Source of the DNA: Eledone cirrhosa
Taxonomy: Eukaryota
Direction: 5' to 3'
Length of the DNA: 64,000 nt
NCBI GenBank assembly: GCA_964016885.1
Contig: OZ024745.1
Span: 122,760,001 to 122,824,000 of the forward strand
Numbering within the stretch: position 1 is the stretch's first letter; each line of letters starts with the position of its first letter. This document shows positions 11,969 to 23,823 of this stretch, one piece after another. The notes below the pieces were generated by a model. It ran no database searches and was not told where the DNA came from. It was given only the letters and a program-made list of their open reading frames with translations. Both the position numbers and the translations under genes were made by a program.

Positions 11969-12189
11969 ATCTTTAACATTTAAACCAGGTGTATCTGGCC
12001 AGAATTCTCTCACCTCTTTCTGTTCAAATCAGCTGTAACTGACCACTCATACTGATGTTAAGGTTTTGTTCTCAAAATAAATAATATCAAAATCTCATAG
12101 ATTCAATATTATGTGAGATAATTATATGAGATAAAGCCTGTACCACAAAAATATAATAGTAAATTTAGAGTAATGTAATTGCTAAAGGG
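11969..12189. mobile_element. MITE family 1
   Basis: TTAA flanks, body homologous to 142-367. Confidence 0.85.
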
Positions 12190-12304
12190 TTAAAATATCT
12201 TAACCTCTTCAATATAATAATATTTAGTACCTAGATAATAACATTTAGGTACAAATCCAGCAAATTTGGGAGAAGGGTAAAGAAGATTAAATTAATGCCA
12301 GCAT

Positions 12305-12602
12305 CTGTATCAATGAGCTGCTCAACATTACCAGACTTAGACCAATTACATCAATTGTCAAGTCAAAAGTACTCAAACTATATGGTCATATAAAAAGATC
12401 AATTTGGGGTGTGAGTAGGTTTTGCCTGGAAGGACGGTTGGTTGGTAAGAGAAGCAGAGGCTGGCAACCAAAACCATGGCTTGATAATGTCAACTTATGG
12501 ACTGGACTTGAATTTTGCTCTTTAAACTCTGCTGTTGGTGATCGAACTTTGTGGAGAAAAATATCTCATGCTGATGCACAGTCTACAACTGGCGCAGTTT
12601 AG
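12305..12602 (+). mobile_element. RTE-clade LINE 3' fragment inserted in a decayed group B SINE
   Basis: LKLYGHIKR...LEGRLVGKRSRG..PKPWLDNV..WTG...DRTLWR motif. Confidence 0.75.
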
Positions 12603-12902
12603 CATCAAAGTAGTAGTACTTGAATGCTACTTCATCTTATCAACCTGGGAAGGGGAATAGGTAGAGTTGGTCTTTGTTTAATTTGAACTTAGAAAGTAAA
12701 GAGCCAGACACTCTTCAAATCCATAATAATATTAACACCAATTTCTTCTTATTGTTATTAATCATATTGGATTGAAATTTTCTTTTTTCATTCATACTGG
12801 TCTTCTTTCTTTGCATGAATCTGATCTCCTCTTCCATTTGCACTATATAAATTTAGCACATTCCTTGCTTTGGTGCCCTAAACATACACTTATATTACAT
12901 AA

Positions 12903-13117
12903 ACATTTTGATTCCAAAACCACCTGAAACCACCCCTGGTTCTATAATACAAAGATGCTTATTCTAAAGTGTTTATATTTATCTAAAATCCTTCTATCGT
13001 AATTTTACATACAGATCATTGTAAGCTATGCTCCAAGCACCAGCTTAATAATGAGTAACTAAATTAATAACTAAATTTCTCCCAAATTCTATCATTAGTA
13101 ATATGGTAACAAATGGG
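12903..13117. mobile_element. MITE family 2
   Basis: Ends ATATGGTAACAAATGGG|TTAA; body as 7643-7879. Confidence 0.6.
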
Positions 13118-13533
13118 TTAATTGTTAGCCACTCCTACTGGACATCAATGAAGTAGGAAATACAATTTAAAATTGAACAGATATTAACAATCAATTCCCT
13201 CCCTTTTTATATATAACTCCTGGTGGAGTTATTGGGGTGCCATGTTTATATAGCATGTTTCTTGGACATTTTAAAACCTGATGGCACCCATCTACTCTCC
13301 AGGTCTGAACAAAAAGATTTCATACAGAAAGAGGGAGAGAGTGGAAATGAGAAAAAGATAGAGGAAGAATCTACCCTAGTACTAGACCGGTATTTTTTTA
13401 TCAACCTCAAAAGGATGAAAGACAAATTTGACCTCAACAGGATTTGAACTCAGATAGCAGAGTGCCAGAACAAATTCCACAAAGCATTCTATGTGACATT
13501 CTAAGACTGCTTTTTTGCTGTCTGTTAAGTATA

Positions 13534-13720
13534 ATAATTGTTTCTACTTTTGGCACAAGGCCAGCAATTACCCAGTGCATTACTGGTACTTTATTTTATC
13601 GACACCGGAAGGATGAAAGGCAAAGTTAACCTCGGCGGGATTTGAACTCAGATCATACAGGGAGGTAACTCTATGCTTCAAAGCATGGCGTCCGACCCTC
13701 TACCGATACTGCCAATCCAC
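13534..13720 (-). mobile_element. SINE group B
   Basis: Near full length; AAGTATAATAAT direct repeat on both sides. Confidence 0.9.
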
Positions 13721-14630
13721 AAGTATAATAATAATATTCTAAATAGTATCTAGAACAGAATTTATTAGCACTCAGTACTATCTCTATTTATTTGAATTCA
13801 TACAGTTAAAATGTGCATTTATATACTTGCCTCCTCAGCATGTGTGTAGATATGTATGCGTGTAACTATTATTTATAATAAAGTATACCATATAAATGAT
13901 GATATTTTTGATAAAGTGCTTTTTTTTTTGACATCAGATATACAATGGTATAAAACTTTCAAAAATGGAATATCACTGAAACAGTTTTGGAAAGGCCATT
14001 TTCTTTTTATGTCTCAAAGATGGAAGTTAGTTTAGTCTACAAGTGACCTATCATCCTTCAATCATATTAAAATATACTTGTTAATATATTTCAAAACAAG
14101 TAAATTTTTATCTCCCAACCCCAATCAAAGCACTTAGGATGGGAGAAAAATGACATTAACAATATCTTTAAAGGGTAAAGTTCTCTGAATCATAAGTAAA
14201 CAAGACAGTCTCAGGAAACAATCAAAGGTGAAAAGAAGAAAATAAAAATACAGAGGTCTCTCAACCTAACCACCCATCCCTTACTTTCTCATTCTCTCTC
14301 TCTCCCATTATTTCTCTTCCTCCCTTTCTCTCTCTTTCTACCATTGGATGTGAAAAACTTGATTTTTGTTTCACTTTCACTTGAGTAGATATCATTCCAC
14401 AATATTCAAATGTCAAGAAATGACACAATAGAATGACTTTCTATTTGTTTATTACACTAACCATTATTGACATTCTGTCTGTCGGTACTTGTAGTGAGGA
14501 GGATGTGTATAGTTATGGTTCAGCCATAGGACTTTCTACCAAAGACAGAAGGATGTAATAATGACAGAGCCAAGGTTAATGATATCTATAAAATTATTAC
14601 TTATATTTCAGCAATATTACCAAAGTTTAA

Positions 14631-14840
14631 CCCTTTAGAATTAATCTGGTCGGAATTCTCGCACCTCTTTCAGTTCAAACCAGCCATAACCGGCCATTCA
14701 TACCAATGTTAAGATATTTTTCTCAAAATAAATAACATTAAAATCTCATACCTTTGATATTATGTGAGATAATTATGTGTGATACAGTGTTTACCATCAA
14801 AATACAATAGTATATATAGAGTAATGTAAATGTTTAAGGG
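14631..14840. mobile_element. MITE family 1
   Basis: TTAA|CCCTTTAG ... AAGGG|TTGA. Confidence 0.8.
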
Positions 14841-15596
14841 TTGAATTATACTTTTGATTTTAGTCTTAGTCTTTGTCTTCTATTATATCTAGAATACTTT
14901 ATAGCAATATCAAATAAATATACATCAGTATTTAATTGATCTATGGAAGGTTGAAAAGCAAAACTGATCTTGGCAGGATTTGAACTTAGAATGTAAAAGT
15001 CTGTCATTAAATACTGCGAGCATTTTATTTGATATTGCTTTAATAGTGATTCTAATCCACTGCCTAGCCTTTCTTAGAATAGTGTTCTTTTTATTAACCT
15101 GATAATGTTGATAATACGAACAGTAATAGAATCCCAAACTCTTTTACTGGTTCTAACCATTCAGTTGTAGCCGGTCTGAGTATTTAGAAGGGTTGTTATG
15201 AATTGTTTACAGAATGTTGAATACGTTTCACTATTTAGTACAATTCTATATTCCTGATTTCAAATCTTTCCATAGACAACTTTATCTTCCATTCTGACAA
15301 TGATTGAATATGTGCCAAAGCAAGAAACCAATTTTTGTATTCAATGTTATTTATAATTAATAGTGAGAAGGATAGCATCTACTCAGGCTTTTGGCAGATG
15401 GAAGTAGGCTGTGTGGCAAAAGAAACAAATAAGCAACCATTAATACTATGTCTGTATAAAGCACTCATCTGCCAATTATCATTTATGATACTAGAACATG
15501 GACCCTAATAGCTGAAGACATCAAAAAGCTACTAATTTTCAAAATACACTGCTTGAGAATCATTTTTGGCATCACTAGGCAAAATAGACTATTTAA

Positions 15597-15924
15597 CCCT
15601 TTAGCATTTACATTACTCTCCTATATGAGTGAGACATGGTCACCCAACCCAATTTACTTCTAAATGGGACAAACCTATTTAACTCATGCTAGTGGGGAAG
15701 ATAGACATTAATCGATGATGATGATGATGATTACTCCATATTTACTATTGTATTTTCATGGTAAAATAATTATCTCACATAATATTAAGTCTATGAGATT
15801 TTGATATTATTTATTTTGAGAACAACACCCTTATGTTGGTATGAGTAACCAGTTAAGGCCGGTTTGAACAGAAAGAGATGAGAGAGAGTTCTGGTCAGAT
15901 ACAACCGGTTTAAATGGTAAAGCG
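15597..15924. mobile_element. MITE family 1 interrupted by a retroelement tail (~15620-15731, (GAT)n end)
   Basis: TTAA flanks; insert matches 36520-36587 and is bounded by ATTACTC repeats. Confidence 0.8.
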
Positions 15925-16137
15925 TTAATGAAAAGATGCTGAGAATATTAAGTCTGCAGTAAAACACTGTGAAAAACATTTACCACAGTTGCTTTGCCTG
16001 ATTCAGATATGTTATCCACTGCCTTTCCATGTCAATAATTAAAAAGGTGCATGGCAGAGAATTTTCTAGAAGAAGGAAGGAGAAAATCTTGGGTAGGCAA
16101 CATCTGAGAGGATATTGGTCTTCTAGTTTTTACTAGA

Positions 16138-16419
16138 GTAGAGGCATGTGGCCTAGTGGTAAGGGTGTTAGACTTACGATCATAATATTGTGAGTTTGAT
16201 TCTTGGGTTGTGTGTTGTGTTCTTGAGTAAAACACATCATTTCACATTGCTCCAGTACACTCAGCTGAAAATGAGTACCAGCAATAGCTGGGGGTTTAAC
16301 CCTGCAATGGACTAGTATCCGGTCCAGGAAGGAGTCTTGTACTCTCAGTCGCTTCACGCCATGAAACCAGGATAAGCACCGGCCAAATGAGCCTTCTGAC
16401 TTAAGACAGACTTTAGACT
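16138..16419 (+). mobile_element. tRNA-derived SINE, group A tail 2
   Basis: GTGGCCTAGTGG A box, core TTCTTGAGTAAAACAC, tail ...AAGACAGACTTTAGACTT; 14-bp TSD TAGTTTTTACTAGA. Confidence 0.9.
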
Positions 16420-16510
16420 TAGTTTTTACTAGAAATCATATTTCTTGCAGCCATTAGATTCATATGAAGAAATAGCAGTAATGTAATGTAATTATAATTG
16501 GTATTGTAGA

Positions 16511-16727
16511 GTGAAGGCGCGTGGCTGAGTGGTTAGAGAATTGGATTCACAATTGTGAGATTGTGAGTTTGATTCCTGGACCAGGCAATGCATTATGCCC
16601 TTGAGCAAGACCCTTTATTTCACATTGCTCCTTCTACTTGGAGCTGCAACCGATAGATAGTATTAGCAATTGGCAAGACCAACAGAAACATTGTTTCCTC
16701 GGTCCGATTTGATGAAAGTCGATCGAC
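16511..16727 (+). mobile_element. SINE group A tail 1
   Basis: Homologous to 3964-4178. Confidence 0.85.
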
Positions 16728-16934
16728 TGTTGATTGATTTGTCATTAAATTATAATCAGTTTTATGTGTATGATATAGAAAATAAGGCCATGTGTCAATC
16801 TCACTTTCAAAACTTCTAGGACTCAGACATTTTATATTTGAAACAAATTAATAATGCTCTTCACAATATAATATTCTTGGAATTACAATTATTTCTGAAG
16901 ATATAAGTCTTTTTTCTATTGTTATAACAAATGT

Positions 16935-17400
16935 GATATGTGTACATGGCATGTATGTGTGTATTGTTGTGTACTTGAGCATGTATGTTTGTGTATGTGT
17001 GTATGTCTGTGTTTGTGTACTTGTGTAGGTATGTTTGAGTGTGTGTATGTTTGTTTGTTTGTATGTGTTTATGTGTTTATGTATGTTTGTATGTTTGAGT
17101 GTGTGTGTGCTTTGTGTGACTGTCTGTGTGTTTGAGTGTGTGTGTGTTTTTTGTGTGTATGCTTGTGTGCCTGTGTGCATGTTTGTTTATTTGTGTATGT
17201 GTGTGTGTGTGTGTGTTTGTGTGTATACGTGTTTGAGTGTGTGTATGTTTGTTTGTGTTAATGTGTATATACCGTGTGTGTCTGTTTGTGTGTTTGAGTG
17301 TGTGTGGGTGTGTGTGGGTGTGTATGTGTGTGTGTATGTGTGAGTGTGTGCTTGTGTCTATGCTTGTGTGTCTCTGTGCGTATGTTTGTGTTTGTATGTG
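16935..17400. repeat. Degenerate (GT)n-rich microsatellite
   Basis: Directly visible. Confidence 0.9.
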
Positions 17401-17887
17401 TTAGTATTGAAGTTAGTGCAAACATGTGATGTTTGGATATTTTTCTGAACAATCAAGTAAACAGTATTGATTAATTAGCTGTCAAGTTCTGATCATCTGT
17501 GGCATATATTGTCTTAGGGAGACATGGAACATATGATGCTACACCTGACATCAATAAAGATATGTTTGTAGGAAGGTTTGTCCTTCTCATGAGTTGTCAC
17601 ATAATTAATTATTCATTTATTTGCAAATGAGCTTTCATTCAAACATTGTCTTGCTTATATAACTTTATCAATTTAGTGTCATATGTTCCAACTCCTTATT
17701 CCTCAGGAAATATACACTAATGCCAGGATGATCAAAGTTTTATAGCTAATTAATAAATTAAAATATAAGGTCATGACTCAGACTTATGACTGAAATGTTT
17801 AGACCTCCGTTGGTTTTAATGATGAGTGTTCCAGTTGTTTGGTCAATGGAATCATCTACTTGTTAAGTTAATGTGAAGGCGGCTTAA

Positions 17888-18336
17888 CCCTTTAGCATTT
17901 AAACTGGCCATAACCGGCTAGAATTTTCTTTTCTCTTTCTGTTCAAACGAACTGTAACTGGCTGCTCGTACTGATGTTAAAGTATTGTAGTAAAAATATA
18001 TAGTATCAAATCTCATAGATTCGATATTATGTGAAATAATTGTGAGGTAAAGCTTTACCATGAAAATACAATAGTATATATAAAGTAATATAAATGTTAA
18101 CAGACATTCAAGGCTTTACCCTTTAGCATTTAAACTAGCCATATCCGGCCAGAATTCTTTCACCTCTTTCATTTAAAACCTGCTATAACTGGCCACTTAT
18201 ACTGATGTTAAGGTAGTTCTTAAAATAAATAATATCAAAATCTCATAAATTCAATATTATGTGAGATAGTATGGGAGGGAAAGCCCTTACCACAAAGATA
18301 CAATAATATATATAGATTAATGTAAATGCTAAAGCG
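17888..18336. mobile_element. Two adjacent MITE family 1 copies (17888-18100, 18119-18336)
   Basis: Both start CCCTTTAGCATTTAAACT; same orientation. Confidence 0.85.
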
Positions 18337-18726
18337 TTATTATAATTTACAGTTTGTGACAAGGCTAATCTTTTGAATTACAGATAAATTATATTTAATA
18401 GGCTTCCAAAGAATTTCTATCAATCCAATTTCACTCACAAAGTGTGGATCTGGAATGACAGGAGCTATCTAATAGTAACACAACTTATAAACCCCATTCT
18501 AGAAAAGGATTGATAGATTTAATCAATGATTTATGGAGCAGAATTAATTGGGTATCATATCATGCGGTTTAAATTTCTATTGGGAGGGTACTCAAAATGT
18601 CGAAGAACCTTAATAGTGGCATTCAGGTTATCTCCACCAAAATTCTACACCAAAGGTGCTTGAATAAGTGTTTCAATAAACGATATTGAAGTCAAAACAG
18701 GTTGGGATCTCATTTGAAAATAACAT

Positions 18727-18942
18727 AATGATTTCTACTATAGGCACAAGGCCAGCAATTTTGGGAGAGGAGAAAGTCGATTAAATCAATCCCAGTGCAT
18801 TACTGGTACTTTATTTTATCAACCCCCATAGGGATAAAAGGTAAAGCTAACTTCGCTGGGATTTGAACTTAGAACATAAAGGCTTGCATCTCAATGCCAC
18901 AAAGCATGTTGTCTGATGCTCTACCGATATTGCCAATCCACC
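18727..18942 (-). mobile_element. SINE group B (long subtype)
   Basis: Homology to other copies. Confidence 0.85.
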
Positions 18943-18949
18943 ATCCAAA

Positions 18950-19360
18950 AATAACAACTATAACTATATTATAAAGATTAGTAGCTTAAGGCCAGAAAAT
19001 ACTTCAGCTTCCAACAACTATTATTAAACTTCTACAAAGCTCAGTTGAAACCCTTAATAAACTATTGCTCCCACATCTGGAATTGTTCTGTTGATATACA
19101 TATAAACACCTAAAATTGCACCCCAACACATCAGGCCACTCAGTTATACCCATATATTATGGGTCACACAAGGTGTGACCCATAATATATCCACCCATCA
19201 GATCCTATTATACTAAGTCCTTTCTTTCCAGAAAGTCACTCTTATGGACTTCTGTCCTTGCTGATAAGCTGCATACAACTATCAAATTCAGACTATTGAA
19301 AAAAAACAACAAAAAAACATTAGTTATTCATAAAGAGTTAATTTCATCAATCTCTGGGGG
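18950..19360 (+). mobile_element. Decayed CR1/L2/Jockey-group LINE fragment
   Basis: 19033-19080 translates YKAQLKPLINYCSHIW, resembling the post-RT LYK..IRP..EYCS.IW motif. Confidence 0.55.
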
Positions 19361-19673
19361 CTTGTGAAAGCTATGTGGACAACCCCTTCTTCCAAACCAG
19401 GACCAAAACAAAAACAAAAAACCGAAATAATGATTTTATTCAATATTAAGGGAAGTGAAAAGTAAAGGCTTCATAATATATAAGCAATATACAAAAACGA
19501 TTACTGAAAAGGATGTCCGAATATTTGAAGATAATTCTGTGTATTATTTATAAAAGACAACTGATATTGCCTCAAATGAAAATAGTTTTTTCCTGATTTC
19601 CTTTACCATTTTCAACAGCTCTGCTGTTGAATGTTCTTTAAAATGCAGATGAGCATATCATAGAACAACATTA

Positions 19674-19705
<32 letters not shown>

Positions 19706-20142
19706 TATATTTTTCAAATAGATAACTTCGAAAAATTAGGATAAAATTTAATAGAAAAAGGTTTTGGCGATATTAAAATGGTAAGTTGATAATCTAATAA
19801 AAAGGAAAGGAGTTAATTGTTGGACTGAATCACGGAAACTATGTTTCCAATAAACTTTCCATTACTGACACTGTCTGTTAGTTGCAACTCATGAATTTCC
19901 AGTGACAGGAAGCAGGATTAGAACTCAGAATTCCCAGGTAGAACAGATATTACAAAAGTAACCAATCTAACTATTTAACAATTCTACCAGTCTCTGTCCC
20001 TGAACTTTATTTATTGACCATGGAAGAATGAAAGGTAAGTTTGACACTGACAAGATTTGAATTCAGAACACAGAGGGCTGGAATATATACCAAAGTATTT
20101 TATTTGATACTCTAATGACTCTATAATTTGCTGCTTCTTCAG

Positions 20143-20611
20143 TCATGTGCCAGCCAAAAGCTGCCTTAAATCCAGGAAAAGTTTCCTAAAGAGTATCATG
20201 CCCCTTGGAATATCAAGCATAAGTAGTGAAAGAGTCACTTGCAGGGAAGAAAAAGAAGAAAAACTTAACAACCTCTCATCTGTAACAACAATGGAGCTAA
20301 AGGCAAGTGAGGCACTGTCCTCCTGGAGCAGATAAAAACTATGCAGTGTGGACTATGCCTAAACAGACAAAGATCTGGTATTGGACGTGCAAAAATCACT
20401 CTTGCAAAATGGAAATATTTAAAGGATGGGGACGTCGTGTGTGACTGCAACATCGGAGCACAAACTACTCAGCACCTCTGCTAGAACACCCCTGCACAGC
20501 ATTGAACTTGGCAGAGTTTAATGAGAAAGGACAGCAATGTGTTCAGCTGTGGTGGAACCACATCTAACCAAGCTTTGTAATTGACACTCTTGTGGACACA
20601 ACAAGAAGAAG
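20143..20611 (+). mobile_element. Ingi/Vingi-like LINE 3' fragment
   Basis: With frameshifts: PAKSCLKSRKSFL...PPG...CLNRQRSGIGRAK..LAKW...CDC...QTTQHL; AAGAAGAAG tail. Confidence 0.7.
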
Positions 20612-22071
20612 TCAAGATTTGAAACATGTATACAATATTAAAAGCTTGTAATTGGTAGGAATATAATTAACAGAGGCATACAAATATTTATCTTGCTGCT
20701 CATATTATTTTCAAAGTATAGCATTAATAATAATTGTTTGTCCAGAAATAGATTCAATTTTCTAAGAGATTGTATAACTGATTGAAACATCTTCAGTATA
20801 TTATTGGAATTGTTATGTTATCAACCTTAGCAAGATGTGAGCTTAAGCAAATCCTGGTAGAATTTATAATACAGAGGAAATAAGAGGCAGCAAATAATGT
20901 TATAAAGCATTCAATTTAATGCTCTGCTGTCTGCATCTTTTAGCATTGTCATGCTGTCAACAATATAAAAGAACCACAGCCTAATAAGAGTTATAAGAAC
21001 AACAATTCTATAATAGTATAGAAAATAGAAGCCAGCAATATTTTACAAAATTAATATTGATAAAAATTAACAAAAATAACTGAAAATAAACCTGGTTTAA
21101 ATGAATTAAATGACAATAGCAAAATTATCAATTTCATGATAGAATCGAATATTGCATGAATTTTTTAATATTTATGAAATAAGCAATCATATTGATTATA
21201 TATTTCATGGCATAATGTACGGCTAGAATTTAAAAGAAAAAGCAATTAAAAGTATCAAAAATATGTTTTATATTTTAATAGCAGTTTATTACTTTGCAAT
21301 GATACTTAAAACTCTTATCACTTGAAGTTGTATTAAAATATAATTATATAAAAACCTAATCTGAAATTTGAAGGTCAGAGGTTAACAGCAGTTGCATTCA
21401 ATATTTTGACATTTATTTTAAAAAGAAACTGTTTGCTTGTCTGAAAACTACTATTGAAAACCCTACCCCCAAAAGTTGCTACCAATCTCATGCTGGCATA
21501 TGAAACAATTACAGCATCTTCTATTGATCTATTAACAATTGAGTCTTGAGCAGCAAATATATAAAATGTTTGATTTTGATTAAAAGATTAGGTCTTGTAA
21601 ATCTATAAAAAAAAAAAGAAAATTTGATGAACAAATTCTATGACTGAATACTCTGAAAGTTGTCTAATAGCGAAAATGTAATTTAAATCAAAGTTGTGTT
21701 ATTTAAGTTACATCAGAGTAAATTTACCAATATAAGATCAGCTATAAATAATAGAGTTTATCATAATAAGGCAATTCGAAGCATAATCAACATTGGCTAG
21801 ATGCACACAGGGGGAAAGCATGGACAATATTGAAGAAATAACAACAATGTCACTTTACGAGAGGCAAAATCTTCACAACAGCAACATATAGCAAATTATT
21901 AGGCAGAATGTCAAGCTGTTTTACATAGGTTTTACACAACATCAATAACAATCTGTCCCACAGGAATATAAGTTGAGACAAGCATCAACACTATTAACAA
22001 TACTAATATAACAGATAAAGATAACATTTAGCAAGACATGGAAATCAGTTGGATACAAGGTCATTATTATA

Positions 22072-22284
22072 AAGAAGTGCCAAGAAATCCCAGTAGAAGG
22101 AAGACGCAGTAGAGGTAGACCATGAAAAACATGGGCGGAGGTGGTGAGAGAAGACCTCAGATTGCTGAAACTCATGGAGGAGATGACGAAGGACCGTGAC
22201 AAGTGGAGAGATGCTGTGTTGAATAGGACCCGTCCAACCCTTGCAAGCAGGGAAAAGTGGACGTAAAATGATGATGACGATGAT
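22072..22284 (+). mobile_element. RTE-clade LINE 3' end
   Basis: VEGRRSRGRP*KTWAEVVREDL...DRDKWRDAV...TRPTLASREKWT* then (ATG)n tail. Confidence 0.85.
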
Positions 22285-22443
22285 TTGTATGGAATTTCTG
22301 AAAAGGAAATGATTTTCAAACTAATGCATTGTATAATTGAATTCACCTTTAAACTTCCATGTTAAAGTTCAATAATATCTAAGGAGAATAGCTCATTTTC
22401 ATTCCTCCATACTCTGTCTTTTATGTTGTGTTGTGTCTTCATT

Positions 22444-22620
22444 TTGGCAGTATCGGTAGAGGGTCGGACACCATGCTTTCTAGCATACTTACGTCCATTT
22501 ACGGTTTGAGTTCAAATCCCGTCGAGGTTAACTTTGCCTTTCATCCTTAAGGGGTCGATAAAATAAAGTACCAGTAATGCACTGGGTTATTGCTGGCCTT
22601 GTGCCAAAAGTAGAAATAAT
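22444..22620 (+). mobile_element. SINE group B
   Basis: Homology to other copies. Confidence 0.9.
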
Positions 22621-22916
22621 AATGATTCCATTATATATTGCTCACTCATACAAATACACATATTAATAAACATATGCAAAAACACTTTATTAACAAACAA
22701 ATATTCAGAATTGTATTTGAAAATAAAAGCCATGAAAAATAGTGTGACCAAAGCAGTTTGCATTTAATGATCAAAACAATCCTTCAGCATTTTATTTATA
22801 TTTAATCTATAAAGTATCTTCTATTTTCTACCAATAACATGGTCACATAAACACATGCACACTAGCACAGATACATATGCATGTACTAAAGCTACGCCTA
22901 GAATATATATATATAT

Positions 22917-23299
22917 GGAGGCACATGGCTTAGTGGTTAGAGCATTGGCCTTGCAATCGAAAGGTTGTGAGTTCAATTCTCAGACCGGGTGATGTGTTGT
23001 TTCCTAGAGCAAGACACTTTATTTCACATTGCTCCAGTTTACTCAGCTGTAGAAATGAGATGATAGGGACTGGGGTCCCTATCATTCCATTGCAAAGTGG
23101 TCGTGTAGATGCCATGGCAAAAAAGCACCCAGCCCATACTGTAAAGTGGACGTATAGGCGCCATGGAAAAAAAGCACCCAGCACTCACTGTAAATGAGGT
23201 TGGTGTTAGGAAGGGCATCCAGCTGTAGAAATCAAGCCAGAATCAGTTCCCGTCCCACCCTTGCAAGCAGGGAAAAGCAGATGTAAAATGAAATGATGA
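22917..23299 (+). mobile_element. tRNA-derived SINE, group A tail 3 (short, LINE-like tail)
   Basis: TGGCTTAGTGG A box, GAGTTCAATTC B box, core AGCAAGACACTT, two ~45-bp internal repeats, tail CCCTTGCAAGCAGGGAAAAG. Confidence 0.9.
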
Positions 23300-23338
23300 G
23301 ATATATATATATACACATACATATATACATATATACAA

Positions 23339-23373
<35 letters not shown>

Positions 23374-23416
23374 TACGTTTTTAGATAAGAAATCTTACAA
23401 AACAAATTAAAAAACG

Positions 23417-23451
<35 letters not shown>

Positions 23452-23528
23452 TAAACCCCTAAATAAAAGTAAACCCCTATACTTAGCTTTTGTTGACTTG
23501 GAGAAAGCCTTTGACAGAGTCCCATGCC

Positions 23529-23571
<43 letters not shown>

Positions 23572-23603
23572 GATTTCTTATCTGAAAACATGTGTTGAAA
23601 CAG

Positions 23604-23823
23604 ATATTGTTATACTTTGGGAGGGTCATACTGCCAATTAAAACACACGCACCTGTTGGTTTTCACTGAGAGGAGGTCACAGAATATGTGACAAAAGAGC
23701 TTGGACAATATATAAACAACAATCCAGTTATTGAACCAACCAACTGGAAATTTATAATAAATTGAAGTGAAAACCAACAGGTGTTTTTATTGGCAGCATG
23801 ACCCTCCCAAAGTATAACAATAT
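23604..23823. repeat. ~60-bp inverted repeat pair (23604-23667 / 23766-23823) between (TA)n runs
   Basis: ATATTGTTATACTTTGGGAGGGTCAT..CTGCCAAT..AAACAC..ACCTGTTGGTTTTCACT and its reverse complement. Confidence 0.85.
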
